64,000 nt of DNA from Octopus vulgaris (Eukaryota). Under the pieces are notes generated by a model that worked only from the letters and a program-made list of their open reading frames with translations, did not search any database and was not told the origin of the DNA. The translations under genes and the position numbers were made by a program. Positions 1 to 15,211 of this stretch are shown piece by piece (positions within the stretch are counted from its first letter, which is position 1; every line of letters begins with the position of its first letter). The stretch covers positions 47,120,001-47,184,000 of the forward strand of contig OX597819.1 of NCBI GenBank assembly GCA_951406725.2, in the 5' to 3' direction.

Positions 1-14
1 GCTTTCTTATAAAA

Positions 15-970
15 TTATTTCATGGATCTGCCTTTTGCCTCGATCACTGTTTTAATGCAGGATTGGAATCGTTGATTTACCTGTACCGAATGGTTCTTAT
101 ACATTTTGGACTTTACCTGGACAATGGAGGCCTTCAGTGAAGTTATGGTATTGTGAGAATGTCGATTAATCTCCCTTTCAACAACGCTCCAAACGTAGAA
201 GTTCGTGCGACTAGCGTATGGCGAGTTTGAAAGTCACAAGTGTGATGTTACACAGGCATGCATCTTTGGGTTACGCAGGCTTTGTAAGAAAGTGCTGAGT
301 CTTGTTGAAACAAGTATGGCCCTCCACTACGCACTTCATCCATCCATGGCTTAACCGTCTCGAGCACCTCAACGTTTCCATCAGCATTAATTCTAAGATC
401 CTGCGGATCCCTCTGGGGACATCAGACGGCTCTACACGTAACAATCTGTCATTTCTCCTGTGAGTCTTTGGTCTTGATCGAATTTTATTTTCATCAGAGA
501 AGAACCAAAACAAGCTATATCTGTGAGGGTTTTTAACCTTCTTAAGTAACCACTTGGCACCAATCCAACGGTTTTCCTATGTCTTTACAGACATGAATTG
601 ACCTCTACTTAGTACATACTTGTGTCGAATGTCCTCATGCACCAGCTCTGGTTGTCCATTCCGATTCCTGAAGTTCTTTGGCGAAGGGTCTCACTAATTT
701 TCAGGGATTATCATTGGCAATATATTTAACTCGTTAGATAAATTGCTGTGTCCTTATAGTGTCAATACGTTGCGATTGTTTTGTTTTGTTTTTGTTTGTT
801 TGTTTTTTTAAGCAGTTGAAATATTCCTTCGAAAGGCTTCTAATTCCATCCACACTTTCATGTACAAAATATTTCGCACCATTTATAAAGTTTTTAATTT
901 CTAAATCACTGTATTCTGCACACATGGCAACAATAACAATATGTCCTTTCATTTCTTGAGTCGGCATTTT
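15..970 (-). pseudogene. Decayed Tc1/mariner-superfamily (maT/DD37D-like) transposase
   Basis: Minus-strand translation across frameshifts gives an N-terminal HTH-like segment (MPTQEMKGHIVIVAM..SDLEIKNFI), WFFSDE, RRNDR, VKPWMDEVRSGGPYLFQQDSA, NSP..NFYVWSVVERE and SLKASIVQ..IEAKG. Several stops and frameshifts are present. Confidence 0.8.
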
Positions 971-1340
971 ATTTGTCAAAGTACGCAACTGGTACTTAAT
1001 TTATCGACCCCGAAAGGATGAAAAGCAAAGTCGACCTCGGTGGAAGCAAGCAGGTACATATCGTACCCTGACTTTTTATTATATATATATATAATACACA
1101 AGACAGAAAACTTGTCTTTAGATCGTATTTCTGTCACCTCAGATTCCTCTCTTTAGCATCCTTCATCTTTTTTTCTTCTATCATATACTCCACCGTAGAA
1201 ATTTTACTGCTTCTGTATTCCGGATTCTCAGATGCATAGTTATGTTTGATTACATAGGAATTTAATTACTGTGTGGCCTGATAGCCAGTCCCTCGGCTGT
1301 AATGCTTACCATTAATTTCCCATGATTCACTGAATCCAAG

Positions 1341-1973
<633 letters not shown>

Positions 1974-2017
1974 TTATTACCCTATTTATTATTACCCTAT
2001 TATTATTACCCTATATT

Positions 2018-2093
<76 letters not shown>

Positions 2094-2206
2094 CAGGCAT
2101 ATTTATGTATATATGTATATGAGTGTGTGTGTAAATGTATATATGTATATATAATATATATAATATACAAATTTGCATAGTATACATATGAGTGTGTGTA
2201 TGTATG

Positions 2207-2251
<45 letters not shown>

Positions 2252-2255
<4 letters not shown>

Positions 2256-2560
2256 CGCAATGGCCCAGTGGTTAGGGCATCGAACTCGCGGTCGTAGGAT
2301 CGCGGTTTCCATTCCCAGACCGGGCGTTGTGAGTGTTTATTGAACGAAAACACCTAAAGCTCCACGAGGCTCCAGCAGGGGATGGTGGCGACCTCTGCTG
2401 TACTCTTTCGCCACACCTTTCTCTCCTACTCTTTCTTCTGTTGGCCTGCTCGCTTAGCCAGCGGAGAGGAGCCATTTGAAGGCTAAAACAATGCGAAGCA
2501 TTGTGACCAGCGATGTGTAGCAACATCTGATAGCCTGGTCGGTCACGGTGATGACGGTAA
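2252..2560 (+). mobile_element. tRNA(Arg)-like-head SINE, family A, tail type 1 (octopus OR-like)
   Basis: Head gaggcgcaatggcccagtggttagggc..ctcgcggtc..ggtttccattcccagacc has A/B-box-like motifs. Near-identical copy at 4463-4771. Inserted in a (TG)/(TA) tract. Confidence 0.85.
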
Positions 2561-2569
2561 TATATATAT

Positions 2570-3200
2570 AAACTTTGGGTATGGTAGATAAATTCAGCAA
2601 AAATTTAGATTCAGATGAATATGGTACTTAAGTTGCGGCACCAGAATTTAGTACGGTATTATCCATACAATTTCAAAGTAAGTTCATTAAAATCAAAATA
2701 AGCAACAAGGATATCCAAAGTTAATGCTGTACGATCGTTTCATGCAACTCCATTTAATTGAACAATGCAATCATTACATTAATTTAAAATGCAGAGCAAT
2801 CTTCAGTTGCACAAAGACATAGGATTTAATTAAATTAGAACAGATGGACACATTAGTATAATTATACTTAAAATGTCCTAGAAGTTAAGGAGATAGACAA
2901 AGAACATGCTGTTCTTACTCCAGCATAGAAGTTACTAAGTTTTCAAGAAGATGTACATTGTTACAGACTGCCTATCACTGATTTTTTTTGTTTTGTTTTT
3001 ATGCGGTCAGTTTTAATTCATAAAGTAGTCTATCAAAACCCTTGTATATCTAAGGCTGAGAGAACAGTGGGCAGTATCTGTTAAGGGTAGGGCTGAGGGA
3101 GCAGATAGACATCATAGTTGGTATAATCATAAAAATCAAGATTTTTAGAAGCAATATCATGAGGTTTGGTAAAAGAAAATTTAAAACAAGATGTTAGCTG
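2570..3200 (-). mobile_element. Penelope-like element 3' remnant with degenerate hammerhead
   Basis: The minus strand at 2730-2810 reads ctgaaga-ttgc...gcat-gaaac-gatc-gta. The block lies between (TA)n and (GATA)n tracts. Confidence 0.4.
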
Positions 3201-3236
3201 ATAATTATATATACACAGATAGATAAATAGATAGAC

Positions 3237-3296
<60 letters not shown>

Positions 3297-3297
3297 G

Positions 3298-3379
<82 letters not shown>

Positions 3380-3782
3380 TTTGCATGTATGCAAGTATGT
3401 GTGTGTATGTGTATATGTATATTTGTATATATGTGTGTATTTATGAATACATTGTCGAGTGTAAGAGCGCAACGATAATAATTACATTCAGCGTCACGAT
3501 TCATATATGTAAGTGTATGCATATATGTGTGTATGTATACATATATGTATACAAACATATGTGTGTGTGCGCGCGCGTGCGTTGACGTATATATCCATGT
3601 TTAAAATTCCATTTCCATTCTTATCTCTTTGAATAAATTGTATAAATATACAACTAGGTAACTAAGATATGTGTATGCATATATATGCGTAACAGTCTGT
3701 AGGTCTGCAAGCATATTTGTGTTTATCTATGGCAGTGCATCTCTGAGTTGGTATGCCTGCGTACATATGTATGTGTACGTCA

Positions 3783-3832
<50 letters not shown>

Positions 3833-4021
3833 CTGTCAGTCTGTCTGTCTATGTATATACGTTCGTAAATATCAAATGATACGTAAAGTACAAAGCTACC
3901 TTTCGAGTGGAATCTGTTAAAAGTCACACATTAATACAAGACAGGAAGACACTTATTAAGCTCAATGATTCAGCGTGTTGAGTGCCAGGAGCAAAAAACC
4001 CGGGGTTAATTATAAGTGTTC

Positions 4022-4036
4022 TGACGTCACTTCCGC
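4022..4036 (-). promoter_or_regulatory. Composite ETS-CRE motif
   Basis: The plus strand tgacgtcacttccgc reads GCGGAAGTGACGTCA on the minus strand: a full CRE palindrome overlapping an ETS core, in non-repetitive sequence. Confidence 0.3.
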
Positions 4037-4353
4037 TCGTCTGTCTTACTAATTAAGTCTGGAGAAATTAGCGAAATTAGAAATTAGATACTACGAGCAT
4101 GCTCCATTACTTTCTCTTCATCTCTATAGTCCGAAATGTCGGCTGATTAGCTAAGCATACATCCTCCAATAAACAATTGCTTACATGATGTTGGTGATTG
4201 TATATGTATATACAAACACCAATATGGCTTTTGCGTGCACATTTTTGTATCTAAGAGGGTTATAAGAATAGAAACATAATATTTGCATGTTATATAATAT
4301 CCGTCTAATGATTTATATGTGTGCGGTGTGGGTGGGGTGCCGATGTGTGAGTA

Positions 4354-4828
<475 letters not shown>

Positions 4829-5196
4829 GATGTACTTGCATAGCAAGTGACTTGCGTGGAAGGTGTTTGTAAGCCATTTAAAAACACACAAAAACAGTTA
4901 GATTCACTTCAACATTTAAATTTTATTTGTCAAAACATTTTCGTCGCTTTGAAACCGCAACCTGTTCGCTGGCAAAATTGCAGATGCAGCACGGTATTTT
5001 GTCCTTTGACGCATTTAAATGCTTAATCTAGTATTTGGTAGACATGCCCTGCGCAGTTTCAATGGTTTAACTAATTTGAGCAGCGTACAAATGAGTGGTG
5101 TCGCACACAAAAAACGGTATATTGAGGAGTATCTGTTTATATCATCATTTCTCTCTCCCCTTCTCTCTTTGTCTCCTCTCACCTCCTCTCTCTTTC

Positions 5197-5241
<45 letters not shown>

Positions 5242-5710
5242 CTTTAACCTCACCATCAGAACAGCACCCTTCTGCTAAAATCATATTTTTAACTCTCCGC
5301 CTCTATATCATCATTACCTTCGACTAACTTTTAGAACCACGTAATAAATATTACGCTCTCCCTAACTCACGTCATAAACGCTTCTCTCTCCCTCTTTTTC
5401 TCTCTCCGTCTTTTCCTCTCACCTTTTTTCTTTCTCCTCTCTTTCCCTTCAACTTATCACGTGAAAGCGTTACAATTACATTCCCTCTACTTCACGTTAT
5501 GCACACATCTCTCTTCCTCTTTTTCTCCCTCCTTTTTCTCTCTCACTCTCTTTTCTTTTTCTTTCTTTTTCTCTAATCACATGAGAACGTTACCGACGGG
5601 CTAAATAACTGAATGACAAGCAGAAATATTGTAAGATGTACAAATACACTACACATACAGTATATGTATGTGTATATGTGTGTGTGCCTATATATAATAT
5701 ATATATGTAC

Positions 5711-5787
<77 letters not shown>

Positions 5788-6220
5788 TGTGTGTGTGTGT
5801 GTGCGCGTGTGTGTGTGTGTGTGTGTGTATAATTTGTCTTATATATCACTCTGTGTAAAAACCAGTTTGTCTGGAGCTCAACCACGGTTTTACAATATAG
5901 AATTTTAATGAGCAATCAGCTTGGACACTACCATAAGAATACTTGGAGTTTTTCGCTACTGTCAGCCTGGTGTGCAAACAGAGACCTTTTGAAGTATTTT
6001 GCCCTGATTGACAATCTCTCACTATTTCCTACTTGCATACATACCTACCTACCTACCTACATACATACATACATACATACATACATACATACATACATAC
6101 ATACATACATACATACATACATACATACATACATGTGTGTGCGTGTGTGTGTGCAGAATCCGCCCCAAAAAATGTATACACACTTCAGAAAAATATATAG
6201 TATTATTATATATTATTATA

Positions 6221-6265
<45 letters not shown>

Positions 6266-6329
6266 AGAAAAATATATCGTAATATTTTAATACCAACTTT
6301 ATTTCTAGTGAAGTTGAACATTCTAGTGA

Positions 6330-6628
6330 AGTTGAACATCTTATCTGGCCACCACAGTCCCTAGATCTCAATATCATTGAACATTTATGATGCATTTTAG
6401 AAAAACAAGTAAGGAGTCGATATCCTTCAGCATCATCACTACAGGAACTGGAGACTGTTTTAGCAGAAGAATGGGCAAAAGTTCCTTTGGAAATAATTCA
6501 AACTTTGTACGAGTCCATACCTCATAGTTATTCAAGCTGTAATTACTGCCAAGGTTGGTCCTATCCCACATTAAAATTAATTTGTTTGAAATTTTAAGGT
6601 GTTACCATTATTTTGTCCAACCCCTGTA
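6330..6628 (+). pseudogene. Tc1 (DD34E-type) transposase C-terminal remnant with terminal repeat ending in TA
   Basis: Translation gives WPPQSLDLNIIEHL*CILEKQVR...LQELETVLAEEWAKVPLEIIQTLYESIP..IQAVITAK. The segment ends ttttgtccaacccctg|ta. Confidence 0.8.
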
Positions 6629-6644
6629 TGTTTTGTATTTGTAG

Positions 6645-7035
6645 AAAAAAGCTTACTTCCCACCGCATGGTTCCGGGTTCAGTTCCACTGAGAGGAACCT
6701 TGAACAAGTGTCTACTATAGCTTCGGGCCGACCAAAGCCTTGTGAGAAGATTTCTTCGATGGAAACTTTAAAAAGCCCCTCTTCTATACATATTTATATA
6801 TCTATGTTTGTATGTTCCTTTGTGTCTGTGTTTGTCCCCCACCGCCGCTTGACAACCGGTGTTGGTGTGCTTACGTCGCAGTAACTTAGCAGCTAGGCAA
6901 ACGAAAACGATAGAATAAGTTCTAGGCTTCAAAATAAAAAAATATATCCTGAGATCGATTTGTTCAACGAAAACACTTCAAGGCGGTGCCCCAGCATGGC
7001 CACTGCCAAATGACTGCAACAAGTAAAAGATAAAA
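6645..7035 (+). mobile_element. SINE family B (tRNA-like head, CORE-like cttgggcaagtg box, internal microsatellite), diverged copy
   Basis: Matches 15825-16237 (ggttccgggttcag...ccagcatggcc...caagtaaaaga). Confidence 0.75.
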
Positions 7036-7126
7036 GATATGTAATTATGCAAATTTATGCACTGGCTCTGTGCCGTTTCAATGACCCAAATAGTTAAATC
7101 TTGCTTATTCAAATGCATACACACAG

Positions 7127-7160
<34 letters not shown>

Positions 7161-8867
7161 ATGTATATGTATATGTGTATGTGTGCATGTGTGTGCGTGT
7201 TATATAAATACACTTACATATATATGTATGAATGTATGTATGTATATGTATATTTATATAACATATATACATGTGTGTGTGCGCGGGGTAAATATTCATT
7301 TATGTATACATATACATGAATGTAAACGCATAAATATATTTGTACATATATATCTTCTTTCAAATACATACATACATACATATGGATTTATTCAATCAAA
7401 ATGGAAAATATTTTCTGAGTATTAAAGTGCTAAAACGCATTTAAAAATTAATATATATATTAAAAAAAAAAAAGAATGCCGAATTTCATACATTACTAAG
7501 CAATGTAGTTTGTTTTCCTATTTGTGATTTTCATTTTAACAAATCAGGAACCTTACTATAATGTCATGCAAAGCCAGCATCATATTTACGTTTATGAAGA
7601 AAATTCCTTCTCTTTATGGCGTATAGGTTACATGTTATTAGATTTTTTTCACATAAAAAAAAAAATCATGAGCTATTTTACTAAACATTAGTCTCATGAT
7701 AGCTTTACATGAAACATGCTTTTTTTTCTCTGTTAGTTTAAATTGAATTTAGATTATCTATGCAGTTTTTTAAAGCGAGGTGCCGGTGTGTAGTGGTGAC
7801 TTTTTCGTTGAGAAGCATCCTTCAACCTCAGTTCGCATTTTGAATAAGTCGTTTACATTAAGCCAACGATTCGTATCTGAGATGGCGAGACGTCGTTTTG
7901 TTTTCGATTAATGGTGGTGGATTGAATGAAAGGAAGAGGCTGTTTCTGCAGTGTTTGCCAGCTATTCTGAGAGTGCTGACATCAATACAGTTGATATTCA
8001 GTGTAAACATCTCTTTAAGTTGACGTCTGAGAGAAAAAAAAAATGAGGGTTGGGAGGTAGGACTACAGACGGCTAGTGATGGATATGATCCTCAGTTGAT
8101 TTTCGACGATGAGCGTTCAGTTGTTTGCCCAAACTGAATTACCTACAAGTTGAATAAACGGATATATGGCTGAGTATTCCTCAGAGACGGGTACCCTCGA
8201 TATAACTCTCAAAATGAATCAGCGTAACACAATGTCTCAGACTGGATCTTTGAATTGAATTACAGACACAATTCATCCGGCAGGCTTCCACACACTTTCC
8301 ATTTATCTAATCACACACATTTTGGGCTGACACGAGGCTATGGTCAAAGATACTGGTGCCCGATGCCATGGAGTACGATCAAAGCCATGGCCTCATTATT
8401 ACAGAGCGATCATTTTGACCATTTCGCCATGATTTCGTTTGCTTTTTCCCTCTTTGGAAAAGGTATTTTTGTGTCTCCTTCGCCTCTATATGCGGTGTGG
8501 ATTTTAAGAACCGCTGCTAAACCTTAGTTCTTTATTAAAGAGTTAACCGAAGGGGAGACAACTATCTTCATGGTTAGAACGTCGATCCGTCTCAGTTAAT
8601 AATTCCAAACGATCCAAAATAATTCTCCATAAACAGGTATGTGTAGGTAGTGTAACTTTAAAGGAGCAGGTAAAGTCATATGGTTAAGATTTTCGCTACA
8701 CAATAATAGGGTTTCGGTTTCAAGTACATCTTACAATCTGTTACTCAGTTTACAGGTCACTATTTGTCAAACTGCTAAGTTAGCAGACGTAAGGGTACAA
8801 AACAATCAACACTACTTTTTAGAAACATAAACACAAACACACATGCACAAGTATATATGTATGTATG

Positions 8868-8937
<70 letters not shown>

Positions 8938-9042
8938 TACATATATGCATGTATATATTATGTGTGTATGTATATATATATATGTGTGTGTGAGTGTGTA
9001 TGTATATATGTATATATATATGTCTTCATATAGATAGCTAGA

Positions 9043-9089
<47 letters not shown>

Positions 9090-9599
9090 TGTAAATATGT
9101 ATATTTGCATATATGTATATATATACACTCAGACGCACATGCACACAACACACACACAAATATGTGTGTGTTATAACCAACAATTTGTTGGAATTAATGA
9201 ACATTTAGACATCTCTAAACAAACTTATCCTCAAAGCAACCATTCCAGAAAACATTTATTCTTTGTTTCATTCTGCAATAAACAGCTGGCATTTCTTGAA
9301 GTCAGTAACATCTGGTCCTTTCAGATAAAAATTTCGCCCAAACTTCTTTAAACCGGGCATATCTGGCTCAAATATTCTACCTGTATTATTTTCAAACTGA
9401 CCACAACCAGCCTCTCTAGGTGACTTTACAGTGTCGTTCTGAAAATAAACAGCTACATCATCGAAATCTCAAAGCTATGAGATAATGTGCATACTTCGAA
9501 ACAACATGTGCAAATAAGCATTACATTTGACGTATAATTCTGCATGCTAAACTTCCTTAAAACCCACCTTTTGCTTAAACACTGGCCACGTACGCACGC

Positions 9600-9630
<31 letters not shown>

Positions 9631-9733
9631 CTACAAAATTAGAGAATGGAGAAACATACTTAAATCAATAAAACATCAACTATCGATATATATTATCCCA
9701 TGGTGGGTTGAATTTTCAACCCCTATCTCATTT

Positions 9734-9838
<105 letters not shown>

Positions 9839-9852
9839 CTGTGTGTGTGCAT

Positions 9853-9934
<82 letters not shown>

Positions 9935-10461
9935 GGGAATATAATTCCAAACTTACAGGGAAAATTCAATTTAGCAATACTAAATCAAGTTTTCACAATA
10001 TATAATAAATGTATATAATTTAGAGAAAAACTTCTACATGGTGGGAATAACATCTTTCATTAATGAATTGTTTAATAGAGGTTTTTTCTCTAAATTATAT
10101 ATATATATATACATTCAAAACGACAAACACATAGACAAACATCTTAAAGGACCACCCTCAAAAATTCTTTGTCAAGTACACCAGACTCAAGCAAACAAAT
10201 TTATTAAGCATATTTCAATTCCTGACATACATCAATAAACAGCTGACATCTCTTTCACACACACGCACATATATATGAAGTAAAAAAAAACGGCTCAGTA
10301 ATCCTAAATTTTCGAAAAAATTCCATGGAGAATAAAGTCGCAAAAAGATTATGATAAGTAATATAAAATATTCTCCAACTTCTGAATACTTCTTTCTTTG
10401 ATTAATGCATAAAATCTAAAATCAAGAACGGAAATTTAATACGTAACACAGATATGTATGC

Positions 10462-10500
<39 letters not shown>

Positions 10501-10506
<6 letters not shown>

Positions 10507-10910
10507 CTCCAAACATGAACAAAGAGAAAACACAACAACGCGAGGACGTGGAACATGTATAGTGTTATTGGACGTTCAGGAAAGGAAAGAAGGGAGGAGG
10601 ATTTAACTGTTCGAGCGGAGCTCTTCGTCAGAAACATAGAAAAAGGAAAGGTCCAAGGAAGGGAAGACGGAAAAAGAAAATCGCCAACGATACACACGTT
10701 GTCACTAAATATACGAGCGAGTGGACAAACGAAAGAAGAGCACTCAACAAATTTATTGGGAGTTACAATAATGTTACAATGGATCAAAACAGTTTGATTC
10801 AAATTCGTTGATACTCTTGAGTTTCAAGAGTGATGTTAGTCGTCAGCCATTTTAAATTTGAATTTGAATTCAAAATGGCTGACGACTAGCATCACGCTCA
10901 AAACTCAAAG
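10501..10910 (-). mobile_element. Penelope-like terminal remnant with degenerate hammerhead and adjacent inverted repeat
   Basis: The minus strand at ~10603-10635 reads ctgacga-a-gagc-tcc-gctc-gaacagtta. An inverted repeat spans 10817-10853 and 10872-10908. The block starts at a (TA)n tract. Confidence 0.5.
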
Positions 10911-10963
10911 GCACCCACAAATTTGAATAAAACTGTTTTGATCCATATATACATATGTGTGTA

Positions 10964-11038
<75 letters not shown>

Positions 11039-11460
11039 AGGTTGGCAGTTTGCATAATCAGGAAAATAAAACAATATCCAATCCCAAAATAAAAGTTTTT
11101 TTTTAATCCTCAAAATAACTAGATTACGACTGAGAGATGACAGCTTCCTCAACGACCTAAAGACGGACCCAGAACCTGGCGCATGCGTTCCACGCTGTGT
11201 CCCAACACAGTGAGCTAAACCCGGAACCACGTAGTTACGAGCGAGTTTCTTAATCTCAACAGCCACCCCTGTGCATATTCTTATTTATTTCATGCAAGAA
11301 ATATTCAATTATAATTAACATTCTGAATTTATATTGGACAACGTCTGCTATCTTAATGCATTTCTGATAACTGGACTCTCGTTAAGAAACGAAGACGAAC
11401 TGGATGGATCGACATTTCGGAAATTACTTGTGGACTATAAACTGTGTAGATGATAATGAT

Positions 11461-11862
11461 GGTGGTGGTGGTGGTGGTGGTGGTGGTGGTGGTGGTGGTG
11501 GTGGTGGTGGTGGTGGTGGTTGTGACGACGAGGACCACGACGTCGACGGCGGCGGTAGTGGTGGTGGTGGTTTTAGAGGTACTGATGCTGGTGCTGGTAG
11601 TGGCGTTGGTCGTCCTTGTCGTCGAGGTAGCTGCGGCAGTAGCGATGATAATGATAATACTGGTGAACATTGTAATGATAATGTTGGTGGTGGTGGTGGT
11701 GGTGGTGGTTTTGGTGGTGGTGGTGGTGGTGGTGGTGGTGGTGGTGGTGGTGGTGGTGGTGGTGGTGGTGGTGGTGGCTGCGGTGGCGGCGGTGGCGGCG
11801 GCGGCGGCGGCGGCTGCGGTGGCGGCGGCGGCGGCGGCAACGACAATGATGATGATGATGAT
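11461..11862. repeat. Compound G-rich (GGT)n/(GGC)n/(GAT)n microsatellite
   Basis: Directly visible; it explains the poly-Gly, poly-Pro, poly-Val and poly-Thr ORFs. Confidence 0.95.
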
Positions 11863-12510
11863 GGCTGTTGCTATCATTATTACTTATCCCAGGTCAACCT
11901 TGATCGAATAGACCTATGGTTAAACGCATTCCATCCGAGACCATCTCACTTTTTCCTAGGGTAGTGGTGGTGGTGGTAATTAGGGTAATGTTGGTAGTGG
12001 CGGCAGTGGTAATGATAATTTGTTTTGTATTTTCAGGTTTGGGATTTATATATTTCAATTAATATAATTAAGTTGTCTTTTGGCAAATTTGAAAATCAAA
12101 ATAAAGGATGGATAAGTCTACAACTGAAATTCAGACAAAAAATATTGAAATCCAGTTTTGAAATTAATCAAAGTTTTTTTTGTTTTTTTAATGGGTTTCC
12201 AATTCATTTTGCTTTATTGAATATTGTGTCAGGTTCGGCTTCCAGTTTCAGTTTTAAAGAAAAATTATATTCATAATTTTTTTCTTCAGTCCCTTATCTT
12301 TTTTAGTTTATGCCAGATTATTTAATCTATTTTATTCATTTTAATTTTCAAACTGTAAGAGACAATAATTTATATCGAATATGTAAAAAGAAATGGTTCC
12401 AAATTTTGGCACAAAGTCAACAACATTTTGGCAAGATGGGGGCTATAGTCGATCACATTGATGCTCGTGCTCAACTGGTACTCATTTTATTGACCCCGAA
12501 AGGATGAACG

Positions 12511-12934
12511 CAGGGCCGGATTAAGACCCATCGAGGCCCTAAGCACTTAAAAGATTTTGGTGTCCCCATAAAAGATTATGCAATTCAGAATAGAAACAAC
12601 AAACTATAAAATAATTTTTTATTTTTCAAAACGAAACAAAGCAGTAAGAGGGAAAATTATGTTTATTTTTGTACACTTCCACTTTATTTATATTTGAAAA
12701 GTTTCCTCCTACTTTTTTGAATTGCAAAGTCTTTGACCAGATCCTCAAAATTAACCTTAGGTAACACATCCGCATCTATACTTAGTAGAGATAAGGGCAT
12801 CCTGAATATTATTTTAGCAAGTTTGAAGTGATTTTTTTTTGTGCCGTAAACCATTTACTATTTCTGTGCTTACCCCTCCTTCCCTTGATGCCCTAAGCAC
12901 GTGCTTATTTTGCTTAATGGTTAATTCAGCGCTG
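12511..12934 (-). mobile_element. Non-autonomous hAT DNA transposon inserted in a family C SINE
   Basis: Imperfect TIRs cagggccggattaa / ttaattcagcgctg and a perfect 8-bp TSD gatgaacg (12503-12510, 12935-12942). An internal minus-strand remnant LSLLSIDADVLPKVNFEDLVKDFAIQKSRRKLF resembles the hAT transposase C-terminus. Confidence 0.85.
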
Positions 12935-13071
12935 GATGAACGGCAAAGTTGATTTTGTCTGGATGCGAACTCAACATGTAAAGAACTGAGAGAAACGCCG
13001 CTAAGCATTTTTTTACGAAGTGCTAACGATGCAGCCAGCTGGCCGCCTCCAAATATGCAGGTAATCATTTA

Positions 13072-13548
13072 TCATTTCTACTAGACACGAGGCGAGAAAT
13101 TTGGCGTGAGGAAATTTGGAGAGGGAGCCTATCGATTAGATCGACCCCAGTACGCAACTGGTACTTATTTTATCAACCCTCAAAGAATGAAAGGCAAAAT
13201 CGACCTCGGGGCGGAATTTGAACTCAGAACGTGAAGACGGACCAACTACCGCTAAGCATTTCGCCCGGCGTGCTAATAATTCTGTCTGCTTGCCGCTTTG
13301 GAATAAGTAAATAATCCCTTCTACTATAAGCACAAGGCCTGAAATTTGGTGACAGGGGGCTAGTCTAATACATCGACCCCAGTACGCAACTGGTACTTAA
13401 TTTATCGACCCTGAAAAATTGAAAGGCAAAATCGACCTCGGTGGAATTTGAACTCAGAACGTGAAGACGGGCAAAATAACGCTAAGCATTTCGTCCATCG
13501 TGCTAACAATTTTGCCTGCTCGCCGCTTTGGAATAAGTAAACTATTAA
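13072..13548 (-). mobile_element. Two tandem family C SINE copies (tail type 2)
   Basis: Two ~240 bp units each contain gtactt..tttatc..ccc..aaa..tgaaaggcaaaatcgacctcgg...ggaatttgaactcagaacg, and both end gccgctttggaataagtaaa. Confidence 0.8.
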
Positions 13549-14326
13549 TTTTATATAGCCTCTGTTTATATTCTGTTTTGATACGTCTAGTCTTCCATAG
13601 TCTTCAGGTGTTGTATTTCTATAGAAACTTAGAAAAGGCTAATCGAAACGTCAAGTAACGTAACGAAAACAAAATATTTTAAAAGTACAAGTGTGGAAAA
13701 AAAAAGAGAGATGGCTAAAGGGAAAATAATACATCCATCTCCCGTATCAAATATGTATTTATTGAAACGAGATGTGTAAATTCTCGCCTGGAATGAGTGA
13801 AAATTGGGTAACAATACAATACAAGGCATTTTAAACCTGCCCGATATTTTAGTCAACTGACCTAGCATAGTAATACTGATATAAGACATCTTTTTTTTTT
13901 TCTTTTTGCGTTAAGATATCAATTCCATTTCATGTGAATGTGATTACAGACTGCATAAGAAAGCTTTAACAAGCAGATACGAATGGAATTCAGACTTGAA
14001 AAGCGTGGGAAAGGAACTGAAGAGGTTTTCTAAGGATGCTTAACATGTTTCTTTCCACTGGGAAAAATCTCATACTAACAACGAGAAGAGAATTAGATAC
14101 TTCAGTAATTAATTAATTGCGTTGTTTGCTGTTAGCTGTGTAATGTTTGTCTCAAACGGTAAATACATCTAGACACGTTACGCAATCACAGAACACACAG
14201 ACACGTACATACACATGCATGCATACATACGCCCGCATACATACACTAACACATCAGCACATGCACAACTATACATACGCAGGGGTTCTCACTTCTCTAC
14301 AACTTACACTCTCACTCTTCCTCTCT

Positions 14327-14362
<36 letters not shown>

Positions 14363-14567
14363 ACTTTCTCTAATACATACATATTCATACGTGCATACAT
14401 GAATACAGACACTGGAATATACTCGCTTATGATTACACCTTATATACATTAGTATACATATATGCATGCACACACACTTATGCACAATTGTATATCTAAC
14501 GAGTAAGCACATGCGTGTGTATAATCTGATATGCAAATATATACTGACAATGATATAAAAGTATATA

Positions 14568-14618
<51 letters not shown>

Positions 14619-14642
14619 CATACATATTATGATATCATATAT

Positions 14643-15211
14643 TCTTTTCTATCCTAGGCACAAAGCCCGAAATTTTTGGTGAGGGAAGCCAGTCGATTAG
14701 ATCGATCCCAAGATACGACTGATACTTAATTTATCGGCCCCGAAAGGATGAAAAGCAAAGTCGACATCGGTGGAATTTGAACTCAGAACATAAAGACAGA
14801 CGAAATACCTATTTCTTTACTACCCACAAGGGGCTAAACACAGAGAGGACAAACAAGGACAGACAAACGGATTAAGTCGATTATATCGACCCCAGTGCGT
14901 AACTGGTACTTAATTTATCGACCCCGAAAGGATGAAAGGCAAAGTCGACCTCAGCGGAATTTGAACTCAGAACGTAGCAGCAGACGAAATACCTATTTCT
15001 TTACTACCAACAAGGGGCTAAACACAGAGAGGACAAACAAGAACAAACAAACAGATTAAGTCGATTGTATTGACCCCAGTGCGTAACTGGTACTTATTTA
15101 ATCGACCCCGAAAGGATGAAAGGCAAAGTCGACCTCGGCGGAATTTGAACTCAGAACGTAGCGGCAGACGAAATACCGCTACGCATTTCGCCCGGCGTGC
15201 TAACATTTCTG
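14643..15211 (-). mobile_element. Family C SINE trimer (head-[body+Tx1-like tail]x2-body-tail 2)
   Basis: Three bodies are joined by the identical junction gacgaaatac|ctatttctttac at ~14808 and ~14992 (period ~184 bp). Confidence 0.85.

Noticed and set aside
2252-2325. tRNA-Arg gene (also 4463, 46942, 49468)
   Set aside because: These continue into shared SINE bodies and lack a proper acceptor stem and terminator; they are SINE heads.
11353-11964. Glycine-rich or proline-rich (formin/extensin-like) protein
   Set aside because: Open in four frames because of (GGT)n, with no flanking coding signal.
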